From positions 44,764,001 to 44,828,000 of the forward strand of contig NC_043007.1 in the NCBI RefSeq assembly GCF_006345805.1: 64,000 bases of DNA. Direction: 5' to 3'. Source of the stretch: Octopus sinensis. Taxonomy: Eukaryota. The first letter of the stretch is position 1. Each line of letters opens with the position of its first letter. The position numbers and the translations under genes were made by a program. This document shows, piece after piece, positions 1-13,372 of this stretch. The notes beneath the pieces are model-generated. The model saw nothing but the letters and a program-made list of their open reading frames with translations. It was not told the origin of the DNA and did no database searches.

Positions 1-811
1 ACAACTTGGTGTCATGAGTGCAAAGTGAGTCTCTAGTTAGGTGCATGCTTTTATGAGTTCCATACATGCTAGAATTAGTGAAATATAATCATAAGTAGTA
101 ATTGAAATTTAATTTTAAAATCTTGAATTTTTTCATTTTTTTTTTGTTTCCTGCAGGAAAAGTATTGCTATCAATACCCAACCTTAAAGGGCTAAAATGT
201 TTGATTTACAACCATGTAGTTCCTTGTTCAATCCCATGGTTTGGCCTCTTGGGCAAGTGTCTTTTACTATAACCTTTGACTGACAAATACTTTGTGAGTG
301 AAATTTGGTCAATGAAAATGTCGTGCAGTAGTTCAGTGTACAGATATTTGACATAAAGAATCTTACTTGAAATACTAATGAGGGCCAGTGTCAGGAAGGG
401 CTTCCAAACATAGAACTCTGCATCAATATGTTTCATCCAACCCATAGTAGCATAGAAAAAAAAAAGTGGGTGTAAAATGATGGTGATGGTAGGGTATGGC
501 TTTTAGAGAATTGACTGCTATTTCTAGTAGTGATAGGAAGCCCCTTATCTGTGAGTGATTTGAAACCATCTGCTGACAAAATGTCTAAAAACATGAAAAA
601 GAAAAAAAAAACGTTTAAACTTCATCATCATCATCATCATTGCATGTGTCAGACTTAATTTGTCAAAGCAGATTTTCTATAGCCAGGAGTGTTTGCACAG
701 AAGACTGGAAACGAATGACATTGCTTGTATGACAGTGATATTTGCTTACAAGCAAAATGTAATAACAGGACAAGATGCTCACACACACACACACTCTATT
801 TTTCTCTTGTG

Positions 812-854
<43 letters not shown>

Positions 855-1242
855 CGAGCTTCTTCCAGTTTCTGTTTATCAAATCCATTTACAAGACTTT
901 GGTTGGCTTTGGGCTGTAGTAGGAGACATGTCTAAAGTGCCTCACTGTAGAACTGACCCTGAGACCATATGGTTTGGAAGTGAACTACTTAACTGCACCA
1001 TGCTTGCACTTATAGCTGTAGCCTTAAGACCAAAAAAGTAATTTAAATTGCACTAATGGAAGAGCAATGTGTATTTTTTTGAAACATCAAAATCAAGAAT
1101 TTCTTTGCACCACTGTAACTAGTTCACGGATGAATAGTTCCATTCCAAAAATGAATTGAACAAGTTTTAGTAGCTATTGATTACTGGATTGAGAATTTCT
1201 CAGCATTCTTGACAAATGTCTTCAATTCCTCTCTGACTTCTG

Positions 1243-1448
1243 TTAAAACTCTTTAGCATTCAGATTGTTCCATCAAATGTAATGCTCATTTTTTAAATTA
1301 TTGTTTTGAAGTCTTGTAGCTTTGTGATTTAATGTAATTGTTTATTTTAAAAATAACATTGTAAGGTAGGTGTAAGAGGCCAGTTTGAGCATAAACCAGG
1401 CGGAATATTTTGGGCTTGATATGGCCAATTTAAATATTAAAGAGTTAA
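1243..1448. mobile_element. piggyBac-type MITE (degenerate)
   Basis: Same body as 3270-3470 (CTTTAGCATTCAGATT...AAATGTAATGC), TTAA-like ends. Confidence 0.6.
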
Positions 1449-1953
1449 TCTCTTGGATAGTGCATTGCATGTCTTCTTGCAATTAAGTTAATTAATGTAG
1501 ATTTTTGCTAGACTATGTCTTCCCTGTTTACCAGAATAACTTCAGCTATTAATTCCTACATGTTGTGCCAGCAATGACCAACAAACCTCAGCTGGTGCTT
1601 TTATATTGTCTCTGATATATAGGATGTCATGGTATAGCTCTTTGTTAGTCATGTATTGCCATGAAATACTTAGAACAGCACTGAGCATTCAGGTGTACAT
1701 GCCATTTAGAGTTTTCTTTATATAAGCTTTAACTGTCCAGATTATCAAAGCATAAACTAAAATTGGTTCAGCAATCAGTTCTGAAGAAGTCTATTTAAAA
1801 TTTTCACAAATTTGATTAGATTTCCATATCTTATCCAAACATTACGTGCTCTCCATACTTAACTGTTCCTGATTTCCATATCTCTCTTCGATTTGGGGAT
1901 ATGACTTCTAAGGCATTTGTAGTTCTCTTTTTCTTTATTCCTTCTTCATTTAG

Positions 1954-2011
1954 AGATTGTAAGCTTTCAAGTCCATCCTGATTGTAAGACATATATTCTG
2001 TTTGATTACAG
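1954..2011 (+). other. Candidate alternative 5' exon of the EPS8-family gene (UTR or coding)
   Basis: Long pyrimidine tract ending TTCATTTAG|1954; donor TACAG|GTAAGC at 2012. One frame is open (IVSFQVHPDCKTYILFDY) and ends in phase 2, compatible with exon 16200. Could instead be an AG|GT ratchet point at 2011/2012. Confidence 0.4.
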
Positions 2012-2039
2012 GTAAGCCCATCACCACTAGCACCACCGC

Positions 2040-2190
2040 CACCAATTCACCGCAGGGGAAGTTCATTGCCATCAATTCATTGGGAGGAAAGTTCACTGTG
2101 AAGAAAGTTTACTGAATAAAATATATTCATAGTAAAAAAAAATAGTGAATTGATGATGGTGAATTTTCCCTGTGGTAGATTGATGACAGT
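2040..2190. repeat. Degenerate foldback element with repeated AATTCA(C/T) motifs
   Basis: CAATTCACCGCAGGGGAAGTTCATTGCCATCAATTCA is an imperfect reverse complement of GTGAATTGATGATGGTGAATTTTCCCTGTGGTAGATTG. Confidence 0.45.
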
Positions 2191-2629
2191 GAACTTATTG
2201 GACATGATTCTGTTTTACCAGGTTGATGTATATAGTCGAATTTCACTGGCATTTTTCTGTAGAGTATGAAACTGTATCTATGAGTAAGTAATAGTGATAT
2301 GATGGAAATGTTGATTATGACACCCCAAAGAGTAAATGTAAAATGAATTTAACTGTTTTCGTAGGTTTTTAGATTGCTAAAATGATTCTTTTATGTTTGA
2401 ATTGCTTCAGTTTTAACATCTCAGATTAAATCACTTTGTCATTTTAATCAACTGACCCAGACAAACATTGTCTCCACTAAAATTGTTGGCCATCTGCCAA
2501 AAATTGAAACCTTTATTACTATCATCATCATCCTCCTCATCGTCATCATTATCTCAGTTCCAATTCTTTTGCAAGTTCTTATATAGTTTTCTTTGTATTT
2601 TTAGAAAATTGAAATAATTTTATTGAAGC

Positions 2630-2676
2630 ATGCCCGTTGGTGTTCCAGATTTAGACATGAACTATTTTAATTACAA
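2630..2676 (+). CDS. EPS8: EPS8-family gene, alternative first coding exon A (exon 2605-2676; MPVGVPDLDMNYFNY)
   Basis: Acceptor TTTTCTTTGTATTTTTAG|2605; in-frame stops upstream of ATG 2630 (A at -3); consensus donor AA|GTAAGT at 2677; phase 2 joins exon 16200 in frame (N-GYDGY). Confidence 0.55.
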
Positions 2677-2814
2677 GTAAGTACATGGTTTCTTTTCTCC
2701 TTTCCTTTGTGTAAAGATATTCTTGGATGACATACATTCATGTGTTCTCTTGCATATATTCTGTCTGTTGGGCTTAACATCTTCAGATTTGACCTTTGCT
2801 GGTTACACACTCAT

Positions 2815-3160
2815 TCTACCCAGACTTGCTATATACCATCTTCACCCAGGCTAATTATATATCCTTTCCATGCTAGCTAGCTATATACCTTTTCTCTGGC
2901 CAATTACACCCCCTATCCATGCTAGATAGCTATATACTCTCTCCCAGCTTGCTACTTACTCTTTTCTTCCAGACTCTATACCCTCTCATTTCAGACTAAC
3001 TGCGTACCCTACATGCTAGCTTGCTACATACCCTTTCTATGCTAGCAAGCTATATATCTTCTCTATCCAGGTCACCTATATACCCTCTCCTGCAAGACTT
3101 CTTATAAACCCTCTTGATCCACTCCATCCAGGTTTACTCCATATCCTCTCTACCTAGGGG
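2815..3160. repeat. Degenerate minisatellite (about 25-35-nt units)
   Basis: Recurrent CCAG(A/G)C...GCTATATACC(C/T)T(C/T)TC and CATGCTAG motifs. Confidence 0.6.
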
Positions 3161-3269
3161 TACTACTGAAGCCATACACCTCTCCTTCCTCTACTGTTAC
3201 TGTCTTGTCTCCCTGGTTTCCCATTAAACACTTCAAGAGGGCTACCCATTAGAATAAACATACTTTTCC

Positions 3270-3470
3270 TTAACCCTCTAGTGTTCAGATTACTCTGTTA
3301 AATGTAATGCTTATGTATTCATATATGTTTTGTATTAATCAAGCATTATCTCATAGCTTTGAGGTTTCAATGAGGTAATTGTTTATTTTTAGATTGACAT
3401 GGCCAGTTTGAATTTCAAATGGATAGAATATTTAGGCCAGATATGTCCGGTTTAAATGCTAAAGGGTTAA
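3270..3470. mobile_element. piggyBac-type MITE
   Basis: TTAA-CCCTCTAGTGTT ... AATGCTAAAGGG-TTAA (TTAA TSD, CCC/GGG termini). Confidence 0.8.
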
Positions 3471-4837
3471 AACACTAATTTTTACCAGAACATATTAAGT
3501 GAACATCAGCCATTGTAATCTCACCAGTGTAGGATGGTTTGCAGCAGTCATGGGTTCTGTCTCTCCTTTTTTTAAGATGTGTTTAAAATATATTTTAAAA
3601 GCTTTAAGATTGACTTTTGCTTGATATATTGTGTTTAACCCTGTTTGAAAATAGCAGTCAAATACTCTCTTATGACGTCCTATGGTCTTAAAAGAATTTT
3701 TTTAATGGTTACATCAGCTGATGTAGTCTTAGGTGTACTAATCCTTCTAAAAAGTAAGATGAGGTTGGTCAAGCTTGGAATAATCATAAATATATGTGTG
3801 GACAGTCAAAGCTGAAGTTGGATTGGAGCTTAACAATAGCAACAATTGCACCACCATCAACAATAACAAACTGAATAATAACAACCATGACAAAAGCAAA
3901 AAATAACAATGAGCACAACAATAATAACAGCAACAACAACTGCAACAACAGTTCAATAAGAAACGGAAAATGAAATATATATGTCAGGAGGAGAAGAAAT
4001 CATCACCATTTTGAGTAGAGCCATTTTTAATGAAGGGCTTCATTAATGATGGTAACTTATTCTACCTCAACCAACACAACTCACCTTGCTGAACAGGTGA
4101 TAAATTATATTAATAGCATGATAGAAATCCATTACACTAATTAGGAATTAACTAATTAGGGGAGTGAGAGAGAGAGAGAGATTGCAAAATAATAATAAAG
4201 TGTTTTTTCTTTGTTTTATATGCATCACAATTGGTTACCAGTTTGCAATGAACCAATCACTGGTTCACTGTATTTCCGAGAGAGAGAGAATGACAAAGAA
4301 GTGTTTGAAACTCAGTATGGATCAAATATTGCCAAGACTTCATTTGAAAAGCACTTGTTATTTTTCTTTGTTTTGTTGCTTTTAATGAAATATATTGGCG
4401 GGGTGGTAAGAAGCTTTTTTCCCAACCACATGGTTCTGGGTTCAGTCCCACTGCATAGCACCTGCGTCAAGTGTTTTCTATTACAGTCTCAGGCCAGCCA
4501 ATGCGTTGTTAGTGGATTTGGTAGACAGATACTGAAAGAAGCCTGTCATATATATATGTGTGTGTGTATATTTATATATATATACATATACACTCACACA
4601 TACTTTTTTTTATTAAAGCTACAAAAACATTACAGAAAAACTGCTACTCAGAGTTTCACATTCATCAGGCAGTTGATAACGAATGTGATGGTACAGTTGT
4701 AATGTTTTTGCAGCTTTAATAAAAAAGCATATTACTCTACCTTTGATATTTGAGGGCTGTTTTTTTCCACTTTGTTTTGAATTTGTGTGCTTACTCATGT
4801 GTATGTATGTATGTATGTATGTATGTATGTATGTATG

Positions 4838-4910
<73 letters not shown>

Positions 4911-4916
4911 CACACA

Positions 4917-5778
4917 CAGAGGGTGCAATGGGTAAATTGTTACCATTTTTTATTTTTAATTTCGCGCATGTACATTGTTTTGATTTTGTCAACTACACAG
5001 TATAGTAAAGTCAGTTGGGCACCATCTGTGAGAAAAATAGCACCATGAGACAATTCATTCTACCAGAAATTTGGAAATGAAATGCTGTACTGCTTGGCAT
5101 TCGTGCCAGAAGCTCCAATATGAACATTTCATAGTTTTGGGTATCAATCTGAGGACATGTATCAAGAATGATAAAAATCAAATATCCAGTCAATGTCATG
5201 GTGTTTGGAATGACCACTAATGATGGTGATGTTATTCCTCAATTCATCTTCCCACACGGCCTCAGATTCAACATCAGGAGGAGGTAGTACCGCCCTGGGT
5301 CAAGAGGGTGGCTGCTGGAAGGCTCTATGTCTGGCAACAGGACTCTGCACCATGCCACACAAGCAGGAGAACCCAGTCATGGCTGTCAGACAATTTCTGC
5401 AACCACATCGCCCCTAACATCTGGCCACCTAACTCCCCAGACCTATCTCCCACCTAACTCCCCTTGATTATTATGTGTGTGGTGCAGTTGAATGAGAGAC
5501 CAACAGAACTCCTTGTAACGCCAAAGATGAACTGAGGGCAAGGCTAATGGCAGAGTTCACCAACTTAAACAAGGAGACTGTCCAGAAGATTTGCAGGAGA
5601 TTCCGATGTTGTCTGGAGGTCATGGTTGAAAACCAATGGCGATTTTATTGAATAAATTTACTCTTTAGTATTTCAAGATATTTTTATGTAATTTTGGTAA
5701 ATATATCTGTTAAAATGAGATGTCAGTGTTATTTTAATTTTTGTATAATTTAGATGACAATTTATTCACTGCACCCTG
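4917..5778 (+). mobile_element. Internally deleted Tc1/mariner element, probably DD37D (maT-like)
   Basis: Imperfect TIRs CAGAGGGTGCAATGGGTAAATTGT / ACAATTTATTCACTGCACCCTG; degraded transposase VWQQDSAPCH...WPPNSPD..PLDYY...ELRARL; 37 residues between the last two Asp once a 14-bp duplication is removed. Confidence 0.85.
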
Positions 5779-6984
5779 TGTGTGTGTGTGTGTAGGTTTC
5801 TTTCTTTCTTTCTTTGTCTATTTCACCACTGCTTGACAACTGTTGGTGTGTTTGCATCCCTATAACTTAGTAGTTTGGCAAAAGAGACTAATAGAATAAC
5901 TACTAGGCTTAAAAAAGAAGTACTGGGGTCAATTCATTTGACTAAAAATTCAAGTCAGCGTCCCAGCATGGCTGCAGTCTAATGACTGAAACAGGTAAAA
6001 GATGAAAGATAAGATACACACACACACACACACACGCTACACTAGACAGGCTTCTGCACAGTTTTCATCCACCAAGTTTCCTCACAAGATGTTGTGACAT
6101 AATGTATATAAATAGAAACATAAAATGAAACATTTAAATGTTAGCTGTATTAACATTAAAATGAATGTTATTGATCTGAACAGGACATGTAAACATATGA
6201 GTGGGTAGGTGTCAAAATGCATTATTGACTAGTTTAAGAGAAATATCCAAGTATTGTATACATGACAGTTTTGTGGTGTGTATATGAGTAATGTTTTCTG
6301 CCTTGAAACCTATAACATTCATACAGTGACTTCAGTTTATACAGCATTCATACTAGTTTTACAATCATACAAAAGAACATATTAGCCTAGTCTCTTTTAT
6401 ACTAGCCTGTCATTTTTACATGTTGAGAAATAATAATTTGAATGTCTGTATATAAATATTAGTTGGTTGGTATCTCCAGTCATGTTTTCCATTGCTTTGA
6501 AAAGGTAGGGTAAGTGTAATGGAGAGATAGAGTGAGTTAACAGAAGAGGTGCAGGATGAGTAGAGAGAAAGCATCATAGAGGCAGACGATAAAGGGAAGA
6601 GAGGGAGCAAAAGACAGGACAGTTATGGGAGGAGTTACACAAATAAGAAGTTTAGTTTTCTTTTGGGTTAATAAATATTTTTCTTTTGAAAATTGGTATT
6701 CATTTCACCATTTTGTATAAGCACCAAAATTTTGATAAAAATTAAATAATTGTATTTATGTCATATTTTCTGATATCACCCAGAGTGGCAAAACATACTT
6801 CCAGAGTTACCTGTCATATTATGGATAATACTCTACTGTCTGCATATAAACAGTTGAATGTATATATGTCTGACATGGGAGATTAATTTCCTAGGGGAGT
6901 TAGGGAGAATTAAATTGAATGATTTGAACTTGATATAGTAATGAATGTTATCTGTTTGTGTAAATGTTGCTGGTAAGGTATTTA

Positions 6985-7260
6985 TTGTTTGTTCCTTCTT
7001 GGGCCATGCCTGGCCCATAGAACCGGTTTCCTAGTTTCCTGGGCGTATAGGTTCCCCACCTGGATGGGACACCGGTCAATTGCAGGTGAGCTGCTAGATG
7101 CAGGAGGAAAGAGTGAGAGAATGTTGTGGCAAACCATTAACATGAGAACAATATTTAATTACCTGCTCATAAACGCACACATTGCCCGGTCTGAGATTCG
7201 AACCCACGATCCCTCGACCGTGAGTCTGCTGCTCTAACCACTAGGCCATGTGCTTCCACT
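6985..7260 (-). mobile_element. tRNA-derived SINE family C
   Basis: Minus strand TGGCCTAGTGG (A box) ... GGTTCGAATCTC (B box); related heads at about 23960-24040 and 57900-58030. Confidence 0.75.
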
Positions 7261-8259
7261 AAGGTATTTATTGGTTGATATATTTTGTGCCAGTATGCAG
7301 TAATTCTTTATTAATGAAAGTAGTTTGGCCAGAAAATATTTTGAATGTTTCTGGCATACATAAAATGTATGGTCTTCTATTATTGTTGTAAAATCATGCT
7401 CTGTTGATGATCCTCCATTTTATAATCATATTGAAGCTCATGAAATAGAGGATAATTTTGAATGGGTTTAAAATAAGTTTCTGTATATTTTTGTTGAGTT
7501 GTGGGCTTTTACTTCACACTAATGTATTGTCTTTCTTAAGATATTTAGACTTAATCATAGCATTTTAAGTCTCATATTTTTAGTTATCATGCAGATATAG
7601 TACTTATGATTATTTTGAAAAATATAAAAGTAGACAAACTCTGCAAATGCTGAGAATGTAGGAATGTGGACATACAAACCATTAACATGAGAACCATATT
7701 TAATTAACAACATTTATTGTAACAGGCATTTATTTTCTTCTGCCTTTTTTGTTTCCTTCTTACTCTTTCTTTGTCTATGTTGTACCTTCTCTCATTCTTT
7801 TTTTTCTTTCTTTAGTCATTCACATCTAATAACCCTTCTCCAATTTCTTGAAATATATATAATTATTATTAAAAATAATGAGTCAAACAAAATACATTTT
7901 GTTTTGTTGAAGAAAATGTATTTTATTTAACTTGCTTTTTTAATAAAGTATATGAGATTTCTGTTGTGGATGACAGGTCTTCTTGAGTACAGCAAGGCAC
8001 CAAATATCTTGGTCCTTTTTCTGGTGCCTCATAAAAAGCACCTGTGCCACTGCCATATAAATGCACTTGTGCCACATTAAAAGCACCCAGCACACTCTGA
8101 AAAATGGTTGGTGTTAGGAAGGGCATCTAGCATCATATTTGGTTGATTAAAAATGTAAAGGCTAGTATTTATTGACTGTTTTCTTTCTTTTAAAAATCGG
8201 CACGAACTTTCCAGACAACCCAATATAAAGTACCATATCTCAGTTTAATCTTCTTTCAG

Positions 8260-8307
8260 ATTAACTGTACAGCTCATATTTTGGACAAGAGAATTGTTCT
8301 ACAAAAT
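8260..8307 (+). other. Candidate short exon (48 nt)
   Basis: Acceptor TCTTCTTTCAG, donor AAT|GTAATG, followed by a 70-nt intron-like gap to 8378; frame INCTAHILDKRIVLQN open. Probably UTR if real. Confidence 0.3.
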
Positions 8308-8377
8308 GTAATGCTTGTAGTTTTTAACAAATAACTGACAGGTAGATGAATGTTTAACATTCATTTTGTCTTTCTAG

Positions 8378-8417
8378 GAGAATTTTAATTTAGCTAATCA
8401 AAAAATATCTCTGAAAG
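8378..8417 (+). other. Candidate short exon (40 nt)
   Basis: Acceptor TTTTGTCTTTCTAG, donor AAAG|GTAACA; frame ENFNLANQKISLK continues from 8307. Confidence 0.35.
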
Positions 8418-10228
8418 GTAACACAGTCATTAAATAATGTAAGACATATCAGATGTGAGTTCTTTTTGCTGTGGAAGATGGTATAATGAGATGATATGAC
8501 TCCTTCACATAATTGCAAACATGTTGGCAATCTTTTTGTAAGTTTGTGGTAACTGTCTGATATTTTGCTTTGTTTTCAATATTTTATTATAAATAACAAT
8601 TATTATGTACAGTAGACTTTTGTTTATTCATCTCCGTATCCCACAGTTACATTAGGCAATTGTTTTTTGGTACGCTTAGGAATAAAAGAAGTGCATCACA
8701 CTGGCAAACGCTAATCTGAGGACTTTCATGCACACTTTTGTATCAACATTGTGTGAATAAAAACTCATACATTCAAACAAAAATAGTTTGCATTATATGT
8801 GTGACTGAGTTATCTCCCTTTACACTACTGCCTTTGGTATCTCTGATAAGCATCAGTGCAAGAAATACCAAAATTAATTACTGGGATCGATATAATTGAG
8901 TGGAGGAGGAGGGGGGGACGAAAAATCCCTCGAAGCTGGGGTCTCAGCATGATTGTAGTTCAGTACCAGAAGCCAGTAAATAAACAGGGACATCAAAGAA
9001 GTTAAAGCAGATTTATTGGGCTTTACTGAAGAAATTATGTATTATTAGGTACAAGAAAAAAACAACAGCATTGCATGTGACAGGCATGAAAAATAATAGC
9101 AATATTGCAGACATAACTAGCAAATGTAAATATTAACAAATAACAGCTATGCACTACAGCTGTTATTTATCTGTATTGATATATCAGTAATGAAAAATAA
9201 CAGATTCGCAGACACCATGGACACATGCACCATCTCTCTCCACTGATTTCTGTCTCTGGCCATAGTTGTGCCTTCAGCCAGATATCTTCTGGTCCATTCT
9301 TTGGGGGTTGTCCATCCAGTGTTTCCTCATCTTAGTCTCTCTCTCTTCCTCATTTCCCATTGGTTCTGAGTCCTGATGACATAACCAAAACACTACAGCT
9401 TTCTCTTCTTGACAATTGCTGAAAATTCTCTTTCTGTGGCTGTCACCTCAACTACTGACTTGTTTGTTTGATGGTCAATCTTGCTGATCCTCAGTACTCA
9501 CTCTCTGCTGAATGGTAAAAATATTTGAATAGATGAATAACTGTTCAGATAATGTGTGACTTTAAGTACATATTGTTGGATGGTGGTGGTGGTGGAATAA
9601 TTTTGCCAATAAGAAGCACTCAGTTTCTTTTTATTATTGTATCTGGCAGAAAACATAGTGAGCTGGCAGAATTGTTAGCACACCGGACAAAATGCTTAGT
9701 GGCATTTCGTCTGTCCTTATGTTCTGAGTTCAAATTCCATTGAGGTTGACTTTGCCTTTCACCTTTTTGGGATCGATGAAATTAGTACCAGTTACACACT
9801 AGTGTTGATATATACGACTAGCCCCCTACCCCAACATTTCAGCATTTGTGCCTATTGTAAAAAAGATTATTGTATTCACAAAATAAAATAAAATAAAACA
9901 AAAACAGTGAGCTGGCAGAATTGTTAGAACATTGGTAAAAAATACCTTGCAGCATTTGCTTTGACTCTTTATGCTCTGAGTTCAAATCCTACTTAGGTTA
10001 ACGTTTCCATTTAGTGTTGATAAAAAAAGTACTTATCAAGTATTGAGTTGATGTAATTAATTAAATCCTTTTCCCTCCTAATTACTGGCCTTGTAACTAA
10101 ATTTGAAACAGTTATTGTTAGTCAGTTAGTTAACCAATTAACTAATTGATTGCTTGATTAATCATTTGATGAATCAACCAATCAGCTAGTTTGTCAAAGT
10201 TCTTTCATCACCATTCATTACTTCATCA

Positions 10229-10251
10229 ATGGCATACCCTCCTCACTCCAG
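10229..10251 (+). CDS. EPS8: EPS8-family gene, alternative first coding exon B (MAYPPHS)
   Basis: ATG at 10229 preceded by in-frame TAG at 10187; donor CCAG|GTATGT at 10252; phase 2 joins exon 16200 (MAYPPHSSGYDGY). Upstream acceptors (10189, 10199) are weak, so it may be a first exon. Confidence 0.55.
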
Positions 10252-11072
10252 GTATGTCTTGTTTTTTGTCAGGCTTTTGTTACTATAAATACAAAGTATT
10301 TATACTTTGTGTGTGTGCATCTATGTTGGTGAGTGTATTGGGCATGCACATGTTCATGGCTTACAAAGAAGCAAGCACAAAGTTAGATAGACCGACAGAC
10401 AGAATAAATAGATAAAAGATAAATGCAGCACTAAATTTTGTATACCTATTAGAATATGTCCTACATACATAGAATTTGTTGTAACGAAGGCAGTCTAAAC
10501 AGAAAGCATGTACTATTCCATAGAACTATAAGTTGGTTTAAAGAGCAACAACAACAGAATCAACCCATTGTTATGTTAAAGGTACAATGTCTACAGGCCT
10601 ATCAGCTAGTTGTAGAGAAATGCATTTTACTGAGTCAATAAATCTACAATGCATCCTGTTTGTGTGTTGAGAATACAATTTTTTCAGTAGACTAACTACA
10701 CTTACATTGGTTAGCTGGGTTTGAATTTGTATCTACTGATAAATTTAGTATCAATTGGTCAAAGTTGAAACCAGATATCAAATCATTGAAGATGCAGTGT
10801 GACAGCTAGTGTTGCTGTCATTATAAGTCAAAGACAAACTTAGTCACTGGGTTTAAAACTGAAGGTAATAAACCATCAGCATTGTTTTAATGTCCACTTT
10901 TCTGTTCTTACATGGATCAGAACATTCATTACAGCAGATCTTCTATGGCTGGATACTCTTCCTCTCACCAACCATCACCTGTTTTCAAGTAGGTAATATT
11001 TCCTTATGACTAGATGAGTTTTCCTGGAAGAGTGGAAATGAAGGACACTGCTTCTATGATAGCCCCCCCCCC

Positions 11073-11103
<31 letters not shown>

Positions 11104-13019
11104 TATCATTTTAACAACCACTTTTCCATGTTCACATGAGTCAGATAGAATTTGTTGTGGCAGGTTTTCTATGGCTGGATGCCCTTCCTGCTGCTAACCC
11201 TCACTTGTTTCCAAGCAAGTCAATATTTTCATACATCCAGATGTTTTCATGGAAGCAAAGAACATAGCTTGTATGATGGGGACATTCATTTAAAACTGTC
11301 ATGCAATGTAAAGACAAGGGGATATTAACACCCCTTCACACACACATATGTATATGCATATATATCATCATCATCATTTAATGTCTGTTTTTCATGCTGA
11401 CATGGGCTGGACAGTACCAACAGAGCTTGTAAGGCCAAGGGCCACACCAGCGTCCATTGTCTGTTCTAGCATGGTTTCTATGGTCAGATACCCTTTCTTA
11501 TGCCAACCACTCCACAGAGTGTACTGGTTGGTTTTTATGTGGTACCAGCATCAGTATCTGTTGTAGTGGATAAGTCTTCTTGAGTGTGTGTATATATATA
11601 TATATATATATGAGTGTGTGTGTGTATGATATACCATGGGATTTTACCAGTTTTTATGTCAGCAATCAACTCACAAGGCTTTGATTGACCTGGGATTATA
11701 GTAGAAGACATATCCAAGGTGTCATTCAGTGGGACTGAACCTGAAACACTGTTGTTTGAAAGCGTAAAAATGGACAGACAGTAGTTGGGGGAGCTAATGT
11801 CAAACAATGACACTATATGATTAAGTTGCCCTACAGAAACTGGAAGAAAGGTAAAGCTGAGCTTGGTTTTTCAGTGTTCTACCATTTCTGTGACTGCCAC
11901 CTTTATTCTCTTTGCTACCTTCAAATTTTTCAAATATAATTTATCAGTGTAATGACCAAAGAAGTTTTAATGAAGTGTAGTGCGTTAAAGATAATAAATA
12001 GCCTTGGGTGCCTTTAGCAGAGTTTGCTCTGTTGTAAGCATCAAGACCAGGCCTCTAAATTTCTGTGACCTATCCTTACACCATTCCCATTAATGGTGTC
12101 ATTCTAACTAGTCTCAGAGAGCTAACAAGAATCATGGGCTTTGCTCTTTCCTTCAGATTCAGTAAATGATAATAAAAAAACGGAATGTTATGTATGTATC
12201 CTTAGATACAGACCTGCCTGTGTGTAAAATATATAAAATTCTATCAGTTATTTCATTATTATATCTGATGTTCTTATTTAGCCCTAACTCATCCCTCATC
12301 AAACCTTTGACCATAGGTATCCCAGCCATGACGTTCATGTCATTTTGTATACTGAAGATTATATTTTCTAATGTTTCCTTTTTTCCTTTTTGATTAAGAC
12401 CAAATTGTATTTGTCTGCTATTTCTAGCAAGTCAGACTATTGTTGTTTGGCTCAAGTTGGTCTTAATAGAGCTGGTAGCCCAGGCATAGACAAATAGTGC
12501 ATGTAGGACATTAGCCTGTGTGAGAGATGAGGTTTGGCTGCTGCTATTTCTAGCAGTTTGAGTGACTACACATAGGCTTGTTTCTCATTAGCCCTTGCTT
12601 ACCCTGTATTTCAAGTTGATTAAGTGATAAAAAGGGTGAAGTGCCTGTATTTAATTATGTTCCTCTACATTTTGAATTCAGTATATTCAGATGATTCCAA
12701 TTACAGTTAATATTGATGCAGAAAATGCTGTGTGGTTAAGAAGTTCCTATTATTATCATTGTCAGTGCTTATTATATAAGCAGTATTTAACCCTCTAGTA
12801 TTTATCCAGTCATAGCTGGCCTAAATATTTTACCTAAATATATACAGGTAGAATATTTAGGCCAGCTATGGCCTAAATATTCAAACTGTTCAAACTGGCT
12901 GGGTCTGGTCTCTCACACCTACCCTGTGATGTCATTTTAAAAATATACAAACACACCATTGAAATTTTGAAGCTAGAAAATAATGCATGATTAATTGAAA
13001 ACTATGTGAGCAAGACTAC

Positions 13020-13372
13020 TCAGAGAGCACAAACCTCTGCCAAGGCAACACCAACGTCCTCTCAATGATTAGCCAGGGATGATTTTTAGTCGGAGAATAT
13101 CTGAAATGAACTTGACTGCTCTCACTAACAAGAATACTAAAAGTGAACCTAACTGCTCTCAAAAATTAAGTAAAAACAGGAAAAATAATCCAGAATCCAG
13201 TACCACATTGATCCTAAAATTTAATCAGTTTGTGCTAGTCACAAGGCCAAACATCCCTGAAAGTTTCATCTGAATCCATCCAATGGTTCTTGAGATATTT
13301 TGTCCACAGACAAACAAACAAATACGACTGAAAACAATACCCCTGCCTTCATTATGGCGGAGGTAATAAATA
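13020..13372 (-). mobile_element. Unclassified non-autonomous element (DINE/HINE-like appearance)
   Basis: Minus strand TTATTACCTCCGCC...GTTTGTTTGTCTGTGGACAAAATATCTCAAGAACC...GGATGGATTCAGATGAAACTT; class assigned only by recalled resemblance. Confidence 0.45.

Noticed and set aside
157-220. Strong acceptor TTTTGTTTCCTGCAG at 156
   Set aside because: No convincing donor follows, two frames stop quickly and the third runs into SINE-like sequence; could be a UTR exon but is unsupported.
7195-7260. tRNA gene call from A/B boxes
   Set aside because: It is the head of a SINE, continuing into a SINE body with no complete cloverleaf; the same applies to the other SINE heads.
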